DNA of 64,000 bases from Scenedesmus sp. PABB004 (Eukaryota). Both the position numbers and the translations under genes were made by a program. Location: NCBI GenBank assembly GCA_014905635.1, contig JABVCE010000026.1:248001-312000 (forward strand), in the 5' to 3' direction. The notes under the pieces were generated by a model. The model saw only the letters and a program-made list of their open reading frames with translations. It did no database searches and was not told where the DNA came from. This document shows positions 1-11,300 of this stretch, piece after piece; positions within the stretch are counted from its first letter, which is position 1, and every line of letters begins with the position of its first letter.

Positions 1-341
1 CCCGCCGCGCGCAGGCGGGGTTTTGGGAGGCCGACTACGCCTACACCAAGGGCATCGAGGGCCCCATCGTGGACGGCGTGGGCCTGGGCTACCCCGGCTA
101 CTTTGCCCTGCCCGGACAGGCGCGCCGCGCAGCCCGCGCGGGGCAGAGCGGCGCGGGGGGCCGGCGGCGCAGCACGCGCGGCGCGCGGCAGCGCGTGCGC
201 GGCGCTCACTGCATCCCGCCCCGCTCCCCGCGCGCGCGCGCCCCGCGGCCGAGGCAGGCGCTGGAGAACGAGGCGGCGTGGAGCCGCTTCGTGCGGCAGG
301 GCCGCGTGCAGCTGCGCTGCGAGGTGCTGGACTGCGAGTGA
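1..341 (+). CDS. 3' end of a gene truncated by the window edge; unknown function (possibly a MATH-like C-terminal domain)
   Basis: Coding-like exon ...FWEADYAYTKGIEGPIVDGVGLGYPGYFALPGQ, probable GC-AG intron 120-257, then ALENEAAWSRFVRQGRVQLRCEVLDCE-stop (TGA 339-341). Confidence 0.5.
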   Translation, partial: RRAQAGFWEADYAYTKGIEGPIVDGVGLGYPGYFALPGQARRAARAGQSGAGGRRRSTRGARQRVRGAHCIPPRSPRARAPRPRQALENEAAWSRFVRQGRVQLRCEVLDCE

Positions 342-804
342 GGGGCCGGCCCGGCGCTCGTGTGGGCGCGCCACGCAGCTGCGCGCCGCAGGCGCCGCGC
401 TGCGTCGGCGCGCTCCCGCCACGGTCGGGTCTTCGCTGATCGGCGGGCGGGCGGCGGCGCCGTCGCTCCAACCAACCAGCACTGCGAACCCTCTGCACTA
501 GTACTAGGGTTCAGGGTGTCAAACCCTAACACCGCACTTGCGTATGCGTTTTTCCCCCAGCGCCCGGCGGGGGGCAGGGGGCGGAGTGACCGAGGCGAGC
601 TGGCCGCGGCAGGACTCGGCCGGCGCTGCGGCCGTGCAACCGTTGCAAGGACGCCGGCGCCCTTACCGCCTCTCGCCGCCCCCGCCGCGCAGCACGAGCT
701 GCAGCAGCTCCGCCCTCCCGTCCCCTCGCTCCGCGACTCCTCACGCGCGCGCACCGTCGCCCTCGCTCGCCGCGCGCCGCCCTCTCAACTCGGTTGCAAT
801 TCGC

Positions 805-2114
805 TCACTCGCGCGGCGCGCCGGCGCCGGCGGGCGCGTAAAAGTCGCTCACCGCGCACAGCCAGGCGCGGCCCGGCGCGCCGGCGGGCGCGCCGGCGGG
901 CCCGCTGTCGCGCGCCTCGCCGAGCAGCACGAGGCGGCGGTAGAGGCCGAGGGCCCAGATGGGGAAGATGTTCCTGCCGGGGTTTTAGGGAGAGCGAGGG
1001 GACAGGGTTTAGGGAGAGGGGATGGGGTGAGGGAGGGAGCGAGGGAGCGGCGGGGAGCGCGGCGGCGAGGCGAGTGCACGGGCTGCGCGGCGGCGCGGCG
1101 GCGCGGCGGGGCGGCGGGGCGGCGGGGCGGCGCGCGCGCCTGTAGTTGGCGTATGTGATCATGCAGTTGCGGTTGAACACGCCGCTGATGTGCTGCTGCG
1201 GCCAGTCGCCGCTGTCGCACTGCGCGCGCATGAGGTACGCCGCCGCGCTGCGGCGGAGGGAGAGAGGAGAGGGTGCGCCGCGCGGCGGGCGGGCGGGCGG
1301 CGGGCGGGCGGGCGGGCGGGCGGGCGGGCGGGCGGGCGGGCGGGAGGTGGGCGGCGCGGCGGCGGCGAGCGGGCCCTCCCACCGCGCGGCGATCGACCGC
1401 GGCGGCGCGCACCGGTGGAGCGGCTTGGCGTCGGCTGCGTGGTACCCGCCCGCCAGCAGCGCCATCATCGCCCACGCGGTGTTGACGACGTGGCTGTCCC
1501 CCTCCAGCTGGCTGTACACCTGAGCGCCGCGGCGCAGGCGCGGGCCGCGCGCAGGCAGGCGTCGGCGCGGCGCGGCGGCGGTGCCGGCGGCGCGAGGGGC
1601 CGCACCCCGCGCCCCGCGCTCGCTCGCGGCGCCGCCGCCAAACCCCAAAACCGCCCCCGTGCCTGCCCGCCTCGCACCTTGTCCTGGCAGGAGAGGTAGC
1701 TCTCGCCCCACCCGCCGTCGAGGCGCTGCTTGCTGACCAGGAACTCACACGCGCGGCGCACCGCGGGGTCGCTGCCCGCGCTGTGCCCGCGCGCGGCGAG
1801 CGCAGTCACGCCAAACCAGGTGCCGTACGTGAAGCACACGCCCCAGGAGCCGTACCTGCGCGGGCAGCAGGGGGGAGGCAGGGAGGAGGCAGAGGCGCGG
1901 CGGGCGGGGGCGGGGGCGTCGAGGGCGGCGCCACGGCCCCAGGGCGGCGCGCGGCCCAGGGCGCCGCCGTGGCGCACCACGAGCCGTCGGGGCGCTGCAC
2001 GCGGCGCACAAACGCCTCGGCCCTGTCCAGCGCGGCCGCGATCTTGGGCGCCCACCTGGGGGGCACGCCGGCCGGCCGGGCGGGCAGGCGGCGCGGCGCG
2101 CGGGTGAGCGCAGC

Positions 2115-2155
<41 letters not shown>

Positions 2156-4974
2156 GCCGGGCGGGGGTCGCGCGCGCGGTCGGGGCGCGGCGGCGGCGCG
2201 GCGGCGGCTGGCGCTTGCGGCGGCGCAGCGCGGCGCGCACGAGGTGCCCGGGTGGAGGCGCTGGAACGCGGTGAGCGCTGTGACGCAGGCGGAGGTGCAC
2301 TCGACGTAGCTGTAGTCGACGATGATGTCGCCAAACGTCTCGGCGGGGTTGAGCACCTGCGGGCGGGGCGCGGGCGCGTGCGTGTGTGGGTGTGCGAGTG
2401 CGTGAGTGTGGGTGGGTGTGGGTTGGGCGTGGGTGGGGAGAGAGAGGGGAAGAGAGGAGAGAGAGGGGGAGAGAGCGTGGAGCGCGGGCGGCGTCGGGAG
2501 GGCGCTGCGGCGGCGGCGTGCGGGGGCGGCGTGCGGGGGCTGCGGGCGCTGCGGCGTCGCCGCGCACCTCGAGCCAGTGGAAGGAGCGCGTGTTTTCGTA
2601 CGTCGCCATGCCGCCGTCAGAGTTCTGGCCACGGCGGAGGGCGCGGGCGCGGGCGCGGGTCAGGCAGTCGACCGCAAGCGCGTGTCAAGTTCAGACGCCG
2701 GGGGGTCCGAGCGCCCTGTATTCAGCGTGTGCGGGGGGGAGGGGGGGGGACCTTAACCCCCCACCTGGTAGCTCAGGATGACGCGCACCGCCTCCCCCAG
2801 CCGCTCCACGCTGATCGCCGGCCCCACCACGCCCGGCCGCCCCAGCGCCGCGAGGCCGAGCGCGGCCTTGAAGCCCTCGCTCGTGCAGTCGCTGATGGGC
2901 CACCCGTGGTCCCTGAGCGACGCGGCGCGGCGCGGCGCGCGGCGGGGGTTCGGGCACCACGCGCCGCGGCGCAGCAGGCGCAGCGCGGCGCAGTCGCGCG
3001 GCGCGGCGCTGCGCCCACGGTCCCCCCCCCCCCACACACACACAACACACACACAACACACATCCACGCACCGCGTGCTGAAGGGCCACGCGCCCTTGCT
3101 GATGTGGCGATAGAACTTGCCCAGCGGCGCCTCCGCCTCGGTCACCACCTGGCTGGCCTCGATGTACGCGTGCGCCTTGGCCAGCGCCGCGCCCGCGACG
3201 TCGGGCAGGCCGCAGTCCAGCATCGCCTGGCGCGGCGCGCGGCCGCGCGCAGGGGTCGTCGGCGCGGGGGCGCGCGGCCGAGGCGGCCGGGCAGCGCGCG
3301 GGGCGCGGCGGCCCGCGGCGGCGCGCGTGCTGCTGCGCGGCCCGCCCGCCCCGCCCCGCGCGCACCTGGGCCGCAAAGGAGGTGTCCCAGAGCTGGCTGC
3401 CGTTGTAGCCCTGGCCGAGCCGGCAGCGGGAGGGGCGCGGGGGCGGGGCGGGGCGTGAGTCCGGGCCGCCGCCGCGAGCCGCTCGGCCGCACATGTGACA
3501 CCGAACCCCGCTGCACCCTCCCACTGCGCCGCCCGCCCCCAGAAGGCCCCGCCCCGCCCCTAAAACTGCCCCGCCACTGCGCCGCCCGCCCCCAAGCGCC
3601 TCCCAAGCGCCCCGGCAGCCCTAAACCCCACCTGCATCTTCATGCCGTCCTCCGCCACCCACAGGTAGTCGTACACGCGCGGGAGGTGCCTGCGCAGCGC
3701 AGCGCACGGTGGCAGCGGCGGCGGCGGCGGCGGCGGCGGCGGCTGTGCTGTAGGCGGCGACAAGCGGTGCGGCGGCGCGGCGCGGCGTGGTGCGGCGCGC
3801 GGCGGCGTGGTGGTGCGGCGCGCGGCGGCGCGCGGCGCGGCGCGCGGCGGCGTGGTGCGGCGTGGTGCGGCGCGGCGGCGGTCACCGCTTGAACGCGTCA
3901 CTGTTGGGGTCCTCGAGCCAGCAGGCGAGCATGTTGATGACCTGGCGGGGGCGAAGAGGAGCAGGCAGAGGGAGCGCCGCGGGTCAACAGAGAGAGGCGC
4001 GGGCCGAGGCGGGCGGGCCGAGGGGGTCGAGCGGCAGAGCGCCCGGCGCGTGCGGCCGAGGGGGAGCTGCCGCGAGGCCGCCGCGCGTGCCCTCGCGTCG
4101 GCGCGCTGCAGTCCGTCCTCAGGCGCACGCAGGAGGACGACCTGCAGCGCGCCGACGCGAGGGCGCAGCGCGGCGGTCCAGCCCCCGCTCGCGTCGGCAG
4201 CATTGCAGGTGGGCCGAGGGGGTCGAGGGGCAGAGCGCTCGGTGCGTGCGGCCGACGGGGAGCCGCCGCGAGGCCGCCGCGTGTGCCCTTGCGCTGGCGC
4301 GCTGCAGCCGGCGCGCAGGCGTGCGCCTGAGGACGGACTGCAGCGCGCCGACGCGAGGGCGCAGCGCGGCGGTGGCCCAGCCCCCGCGCGCGTCGGCAGC
4401 ACTGCAGGTGGGCCGAGGGGGTCGAGGGGCAGAGCGCTCGGCGCGTGCGGCCGAGGGGGAGCCGCCGCGAGGCTGCCGCGCGCGCTGCGCCCTTGCGCCG
4501 GCGCGCTGCAGCCGGCGCGCAGGCGTGCGCCTGAGGACCGACTGCAGCGCGCCGACGCGAGGGCGCAGCGCGGCGGTGGCCCAGCCCCCGCGCGCGTCGG
4601 CAGCATTGCAGGTGGGCCGAGGGGGTCGAGGGGCAGAGCGCTCGGCGCGTGCGGCCGAGGGGGAGCCGCCGCGAGGCTGCCGCGCGCGCTGCGCCCTTGC
4701 GCCGGCGCGCTGCAGCCGGCGCGCAGGCGTGCGCCTGAGGACCGACTGCAGCGCGCCGACGCGAGGGCGCAGCGCGGCGGCGGCCCAGGCCCCGGCGCGC
4801 ATAAGAGGCGTCAACGATTGATCGCACGGGTTTGAAGAAACGGTCAACCCGGGTGCATCACCCAGTGCAGCAAGGTGGTTCGTCTCACCTTGTTGACGGG
4901 ACCAATGTCGATGTAGCGCGTGTTGGCGTCCTCGTAGTGCACGTGCGCCATGACCTGTTGCCAGGGGTTGTGCG

Positions 4975-5011
<37 letters not shown>

Positions 5012-7366
5012 GGGGGGGAGGGGAGGGGGGAGGGAGGCGAGGGGGGGCGAGAGACGAACGTGAGGCGTGCGCGCGGCGTGCGCGGCGGGCGCGCCGGCGG
5101 GGCGCGCGCGGCGCCGCGCGCGCGGCGCGCGCGGCGGCGCGCGCGCGCACCTCCTTGAGCGCCCAGCGCCGCAGGCGGCTGCCCAGCAGCACCGCCTCGG
5201 CCTTGTACAGCGCCCACCACAGCACGTCCTGTGGTTGGCGCGTGTGGGAGGGGCGGGGGCGCGGTCGCGGCGGCGTGGCACACGGCAGGAAGAGCACAGC
5301 CCACAGCGCACTGCTCTCTGCTCACAGCGCGCACAGCGCGCACAGCGCGCACAGCGCGCACAGCGCGCACAGCGCGCACAGCGCGCACAGCGGTCCCTCG
5401 CACCTGCACCAGGGGGTGCGGGTAGTACAGGTCCTCCTTGGCGATCTGGCTGCGCGCCGCGTTCCAGTCGATGCTGCCGTACGGCACCGGGTACAGCTCA
5501 CCCCTGCCGCGGCGGCGGCGGCAGCGGGTTGGGGCGGGCGCGGGCGCTGCCACCACCGGCGCGGCTGGGCAGGCCCGCAGCGCGCGCGGCGCGGCGCGGC
5601 GGCGCGGCGTGCAGCGCGCCTGATTGCGGCGGTGAGGGGCGTCTCCTTGCAGGTGCCGCGCACGCCGTACACGTAGCTCATGGGCAGGTAGACCTAGGGT
5701 TTAGGGGCCAGGGGGAGGTGCGCAGGGTTCAGGGTTTTGTTCGACACGGGCGCGTGTGCGTGTCAGGGGTTGCCCGACGCGCGGCGCCAGGCGGCGGCGG
5801 CCCGCGGTGCCAGGCGGCGGCCCGTGGCCCGCAGCGGCGGCGCGCAGCGCGCACCATGCGGCAGTGGCACCAGAACCGGCCCGGGTGCAGCCAGCCGACG
5901 CCCGTCGCGGCGCTGTAGGGCAGGAGCCACATCTCCGGCGACAGCGGGTTCTGGCCGTCCCAGCTGTAAACGCCCAGCACGGAGAGCCAGAACTTGCCCC
6001 AGCTCGTGATGTGCGTCGCGCCGCCGCGCGCGTGGATCTGTGCGGCGCCGGCGCGGGGCGGCGGCGCGTTGGGTTGGGGCGCAGCGGCGCGCGCGGAGGC
6101 GCGGCAGTGGCGCGCGTCGGCGCGCGCCGCTGCAGGGCCCGGCCGGCGCGCGGCAGCGGCGGCGCGGGTCTCACCCATTTGCGCGCGGCCACGACCTCGG
6201 CGCGCTCCGCGTCCTCGCCCAGCAGGCGCAGCGTCACGTAGCTGCGGCGGCGGCGGCGGCGGGCGCGGCGTCGGGTCGGCCGCGGCGTCGGCGCACGAGC
6301 GCGCGCGCGCACGAGGGAGAGGGCGAGAGAGAGGCAGAGAGGCGGACAGGGCCGGGGCGTGCAGCGGCGCCAGCGCGCCGCGCCTGAGCGCGGTGCCAAA
6401 CATGGTGGACGTGCCCTCGATGTGCAGCCCAAAGCCGCCGTCGGGGTTTTGGTGGTTGTAGAGGTACCGCACCTGCGCGGCGCGCCACGTGGGCGGGCAG
6501 CGAGCGAGGCGCGGCGCACGCGCACGCGCAGGCAGGCCGTGAGGCGCAGCGTGCAGGCGCAGCCGCCGCGTTGCCGGCCCCCGCGCACAGCCGCCGCGCC
6601 GCCGCCGGCCGCCGCCGCCGCACCATCTCCGCCTGCGCCTCGGGGCGCAGCACGTCGCCGAGCACGCCGCAGGTGTACAGCGCGATGACGAGGCCGGGCA
6701 TGAGGAACATGGGCCCGCCGTAGTCGCCTGCGCCGCGACGCGGCCGCGGCGGCGGTCGCATGGCGGCAGCGGCCGCGCGGCGGCGGCGGTCGCACGGTGG
6801 CGGCGGCGGCAGCTGCGCTGCGCCGCGCGGCAGCGCGCGGCTGCCGCGCCCGCCAGCAGCGCCTGGCCGCGCGCCAGGCGCTGCTGGCCGCGCGCCAGGC
6901 GCTGCTGGCCGCGCGCCAGGCGCTGCTGGCCGCGCGCCAGGCGCTGCTGGCGGGCGCGGCAGCCGCGCGCTGCCGCGCGGCGCGACGTGTCGCACCGCGC
7001 CGCCGCACCCGGGAAGTGGCCGTCATCGGCCTGCAGGCACTCATAAAAGGCGAGCGCGCCCTTGAGGTGCGCCTCGACCGCGGGCGCGGTCGGGACCTCG
7101 CCTTCCGCGACGCGCTGCCCCGCCGGCGGCGGCGCGTGCGCCTTGGCCGCGACGCGCTCCGCCGCCTGCAGGCGCAGCAGCTCGTCGCCGCTGTGGCGCT
7201 GCACGTGGCGGTTGGCCGTGAACGCGGCCCGCGCCGCGTCCGCCGCCGAGCGCTGCTCCGGCGTGCCCGCCGCCGCGTCCCAGACCCAGGTCTGGCGGCC
7301 CTGGTTGCCGTTCAGGCTGGTCAGCAGCGGCCCGCCGACGTCGGCGGCGCTGAGGAAGCGCCACAT
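805..7366 (-). CDS. CAS1: Cycloartenol synthase (2,3-oxidosqualene cyclase), about 20 exons
   Basis: Spliced exons read MWRFL...[159 protein letters not shown]. The Y of GYNGSQ and the H/I of DHGWPI are the cycloartenol-type residues. ATG 7364-7366, TGA 805-807. Confidence 0.96.
4015..4790. repeat. ~200-bp tandem repeat (about 4 copies) with internal inverted repeat, inside a ~950-nt CAS1 intron
   Basis: GGGCCGAGGGGGTCGAG recurs at about 4015, 4211, 4410 and 4614; the units are near-identical; 23-bp perfect stem 4089-4111/4142-4164. Confidence 0.92.
5323..5391. repeat. 9-bp tandem repeat (CACAGCGCG)n in a CAS1 intron
   Basis: About 7.5 direct copies. Confidence 0.9.
6820..6983. repeat. 48-bp perfect inverted repeat enclosing a 21-bp tandem repeat, CAS1 intron 1
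   Basis: 6820-6867 is the exact reverse complement of 6936-6983; GCCGCGCGCCAGGCGCTGCTG is repeated about 4 times between and into the arms. Confidence 0.9.
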
Positions 7367-8335
7367 GCTGCCGTGCTTTGGGGGCTCGCGGCCCGCCGCT
7401 GCTGCACCGCCGCCGCCGCCGCCGCCGGGCCGCGCGCGTGTGGCCGCGCCGCCTGCTCTGAGGGAGCGCGTGCACGCGCCGGGCGCGACCGCGCGCGAGC
7501 CGGGCGGGGCGCACTGCCGGGGGCGCGCACTGGGGGCGCTGCGGTGTGATGGCGCGGCGCAGCGCCGCGGAGCGGCGTGGCGGGCTGGACGGGAGCCGTG
7601 CGGCTGCGCAGTCGTGTGGGTCTGCACGTGGACGCAGCGCGCGGGCGGGCGCCGGGCAGGAGCGGGCGCGCGGGGCCCGGGCAGCAGGGCGCAGCTCCGC
7701 GGCGTCGAGTGGTGTGGCGACGATCGCGGAGCGTGCGCGGGCGACCTTGCTGCGCCAGCGCGATTGGCTGGCGGCGGTTGCCAGCTGCCAGCTGCGCGGC
7801 CGGCGCGCGCGCTCGGCCGCGCCGGCGGCGGCGGTCCGCGGCGCTCCGCGGCGGCCTCGGGCCTCGGGCGCGGCCTGGCGCCGCGCCAGAGAGCAGAGGG
7901 AGCTGGGGGTGGCCGCTGCTGCCCCAGACGCAAGGGCGTGGCAGCGCGCGGCGCGTGAGCGCGCGCCGCGTCCGCCGCGCCCGGCGGCAGCCGCCGCCGC
8001 CTCCGGGCGCGCATGGAGCGATCGGGGGACGGGGATCGAGGGCGGCAGGGCGGACTCGGAGGCCTGATTGGCTCAAGGGCACGGGGTTTCTGAGACGTGC
8101 ACGCAGCCGGGTCCGGGCTAGCCCGCTCGCGGCCGGCCCTCCGCACCCACACCACGCTGCCCGCCTGGGACTGGGCGCACGCGCACCTGCAGCCGCCCGC
8201 CCGGGCCCGCGAGCAGCAGCAGCAGGGCCGCCCCAGGCGGCCCCTCCAGCGCCCTCGGGCTGCGCCTGGGAGGCCCCAGTGTCGGCCCCCGCGGCCGCCG
8301 GCGCCGGCGCGGCGAGGGCAGCAGCAGGTGGCGAG

Positions 8336-11300
8336 ATGGCATCGGACCACCTCGCGTCCATCGCGGCGCTGGCCAACGCCTTCGTGGAGCGGCAGGTCGT
8401 GGCCCGCGCCAAGGTGAGCTGGGCGTGCGCAGGGCGGGAACGGGCTCGCCTCGGGCGCGGGCGGGCCGTCGTGGCATGCTGCCCCCAGCTCACGGCCGCA
8501 CCGCGCCAGGCGGGCGCCTACGTGCCGCCGGAGATCACGGCGCCGTCAAAGCTGGAGCACCTCTACGGCTGCGCCGCCTGCGGCTTCTCTGAGGTGCGGC
8601 GGCGGGGTGGGGCGGGGCGCGCGTTGGTGAGGCCGCGGCCGGCGGCCCGCGCATGTGGCGGCGGCGGCCCCTGGCAGCCAGCCCCTGGCCCCGCCATCTC
8701 GGGCGCCGCCGCGCCGCCGCGGCTGCTGCCGCCACGGCGGCGGCCGCCGGCCGCGGCGCGGCCCGCGCTGCGATCGCGGCCGCCGCGCCGGCGCGCCGCG
8801 TGGCGCTGCCGCCGACTCGCGCGCCCGCCCGCGCCCGCGCGCCGCAGGCCGGCTGCAAGGGCTGCTGGGACGAGCCGCTCGGCTCGCGCCCCGCGTCGCG
8901 CGCCAAGCCGCGCGCGGGGCGGCCGCCGCCGCCGCTGCCCGACGCGCCGACGTTCCGCCCCACGGCCGAGGAGTGGGCCGACCCCTTTGCCTTCCTGTCC
9001 TCCGTCGCGGCGCAGGCGGCGGCGGGCGGCATCGCCCTCATCATCCCGCCGCCCGGGTGGGCGCCGCCGGTGCAGATGCTCGACCAGGACACGGGCCTGC
9101 TGCGCACCAACTTCCGCGTCCCCGTGCGCATCCAGCCGACGCACCTGCTCTGCAAGCGCCACCCGACGCCGTCGGGCGCGCCGCCGTCGCCCGCGGCGTC
9201 GCGCGCGGGCAGCCCCGCCGCCGCCGCCGCGGCCGCGCCGCCGAGCGGCGCCGGCGGCGGCGGCGCCGGCGGCGCGACGCCCAAAAAGTCAAACGCGGTC
9301 GTGGGGCGCTGCAGCAAGGCGAGCGTGGCCGCGGCCGCGGTCGCGACGCTCGCGGCGGTGGAGGCGGTGGAGGCCGAGGCGGCCGCCGCGGCGGCGGAGG
9401 GGCGCGAGCTCATCGCAAACCCCGCCCACTGGGACGCCGTCGCGGCGGCGGCCGAGGCGGGGGAGCAGTTTGGGTATGAGCACCTCGACGACCCGCTCAG
9501 CCTCCACGACTTCCACAGGCGAGGGTTTAGGCTCAGGCAGCGCGGCACGGCGCGCGCCGCCACCGCGCCGCAGCACGACGCAGCGCGCAGCCTGACGCGC
9601 CGCCGCCGCGGCGCCGCACGCCGCAGGTACGCGGACTGGGCCAAGCGGCGGCACTTTGGCGGCCCGCTGATGGCGGGCGCGCCGCGCCGCGCGCCGCCGC
9701 CGGCGGTCGCGGGTGGCGCGCCGGGCGCGCTGCCGGTGGACACGGCGAGCGCGGCGTGGCGGACCGTGCCCTGCACGCCCGCGGTGCGCGCGGCGCGCGG
9801 CCTGCCCGCGCGCTGGCTGCCCGGCACCGCCGCGCCGGCGGCCGCCAAGGCAGACGGCGACGACGACGGCGAGGGTGAGGCAGACGGCGAGGAGGAGTGG
9901 CAGGTGCGGGCGGCGGCGCCGGCGCCGCGCCAGGGCCGGCCCCGACGCGCGCGTGCCCACCTGGCCCTCTCTCCCTCACACACACAAACTCACTCTCTTG
10001 CGCACGCGCGCGCGCGCGGCAGGAGCCGAGCGTGGAGGAGGTGGAGGCCGAGTTTTGGCGCATCGTCGAGGCCGCGGACGAGCAGGTGGAGGCGCTGTAC
10101 GGGCAGGACATTGACACGGCGACATACAGCAGCGCCTTCCCGACAATCAAGGCGCGGCGCGCGGCGGCGAGCGGCGGCGTGTGGCGGCGGCCCGCGGCGG
10201 CGGCGGCGGCGCACGCTGCGCGCTGCGCGGCGGGGCTGACGCGCGCGCGTGCCCGCCGGCGGCGCAGGAGCTCGCGTCGGCCGAGGCGCGCAACCTGTTT
10301 GCGCCGGCGGGCGGCCCGGCGCCGCCGCGCGGGCCGCGCGGCGCGGACGAGGGCGCCGACGCCGCCGACCCCGCGCGCTGCTTCGAGACGTGCGGCTGCG
10401 GGCGCTGCGGCCTCTGCCGCCTGCGCGCGTACGCGGGGCACCCGTGGAACATCAACAACCTGCCCCAGGCGCGCGGGAGCGTGCTGCGCTTTGTGCGCGA
10501 GGACGTCGGCGGCAAGCCCATCACGGGCCTCATGGTGCCCTGGGTCTACGTCGGCTCCTGCTTCTCCGCCTTCTGCTGGCACATTGAAGACCACGGGCTC
10601 TACTCGATCAACTACAACCACATCGGCGCGCCAAAGGCGCGCGCCGAACGCCGCCGCGCGCGCTGCGCCAGCGCCCGCCGGGGCGCGGCCGCCGCCGGGG
10701 GCGCGCCCGCGGCCGGGGCCGACCCCTCGCCCCGCGCCCGCGCCGCGCAGGTGTGGTACGGCGTCCCGCGAGCGCCGCGGCAGCGCTCGAGGGCGCGATG
10801 CGCGACGCGCTGCCGCACCTCTTTGCCGTGGACCGCCTGCTGCTGCACAAGCTCGTCACCATGCTCTCGCCGCGCGAGCTCGTCGCGCGCGGCGTGCCCG
10901 TCTGCCGCGCGGTGCAGGTGCGCAGCCGCACCCCCCCTGCCCCTCTGTCTGGGCGCCGCGCGCACGCCGCGGCCGCCGCGCTCACGCCGCCGCCGCCGCG
11001 CGCACGCCGCCGCGCTCACGCCGCCGCCGCGCCGCCGCCAGGTGCCGGGCAGCTTTGTGGTGACCTTTCCCGACGCCTACCACGCGGGGTTCAACTCGGG
11101 GTTCAACGTCGCGGAGGCCGTCAACTTTGCGGCCCCCGACTGGCTGCCCTTTGGTAGCTCCAGCGTCGTGCGCTACCGGTGCGGCGCGGGGCTGGGGGCC
11201 ACGCCGCGCCGGCCCGCGCGCGCCGGCGCGCCGCCTCGCCGGCTGCTGACCGCGCGGGCGTGTCGCCGCGCGTCCTGTGTCCACCGCCAGGTGTGAGCGG

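Noticed and set aside
2870..2895. DCTSE instead of canonical DCTAE in the cyclase
   Set aside because: The catalytic Asp-Cys is retained; a conservative variant that does not imply new function
4975..5050. Long poly-G tract, plus (GGC)n, (CAG)n and (GGCGC)n runs throughout
   Set aside because: Ordinary microsatellites and homopolymers for such a genome; their lengths are unreliable in assemblies
4015..6983. Repeat arrays as CRISPR
   Set aside because: No unique spacers, no cas genes, and they lie in eukaryotic introns
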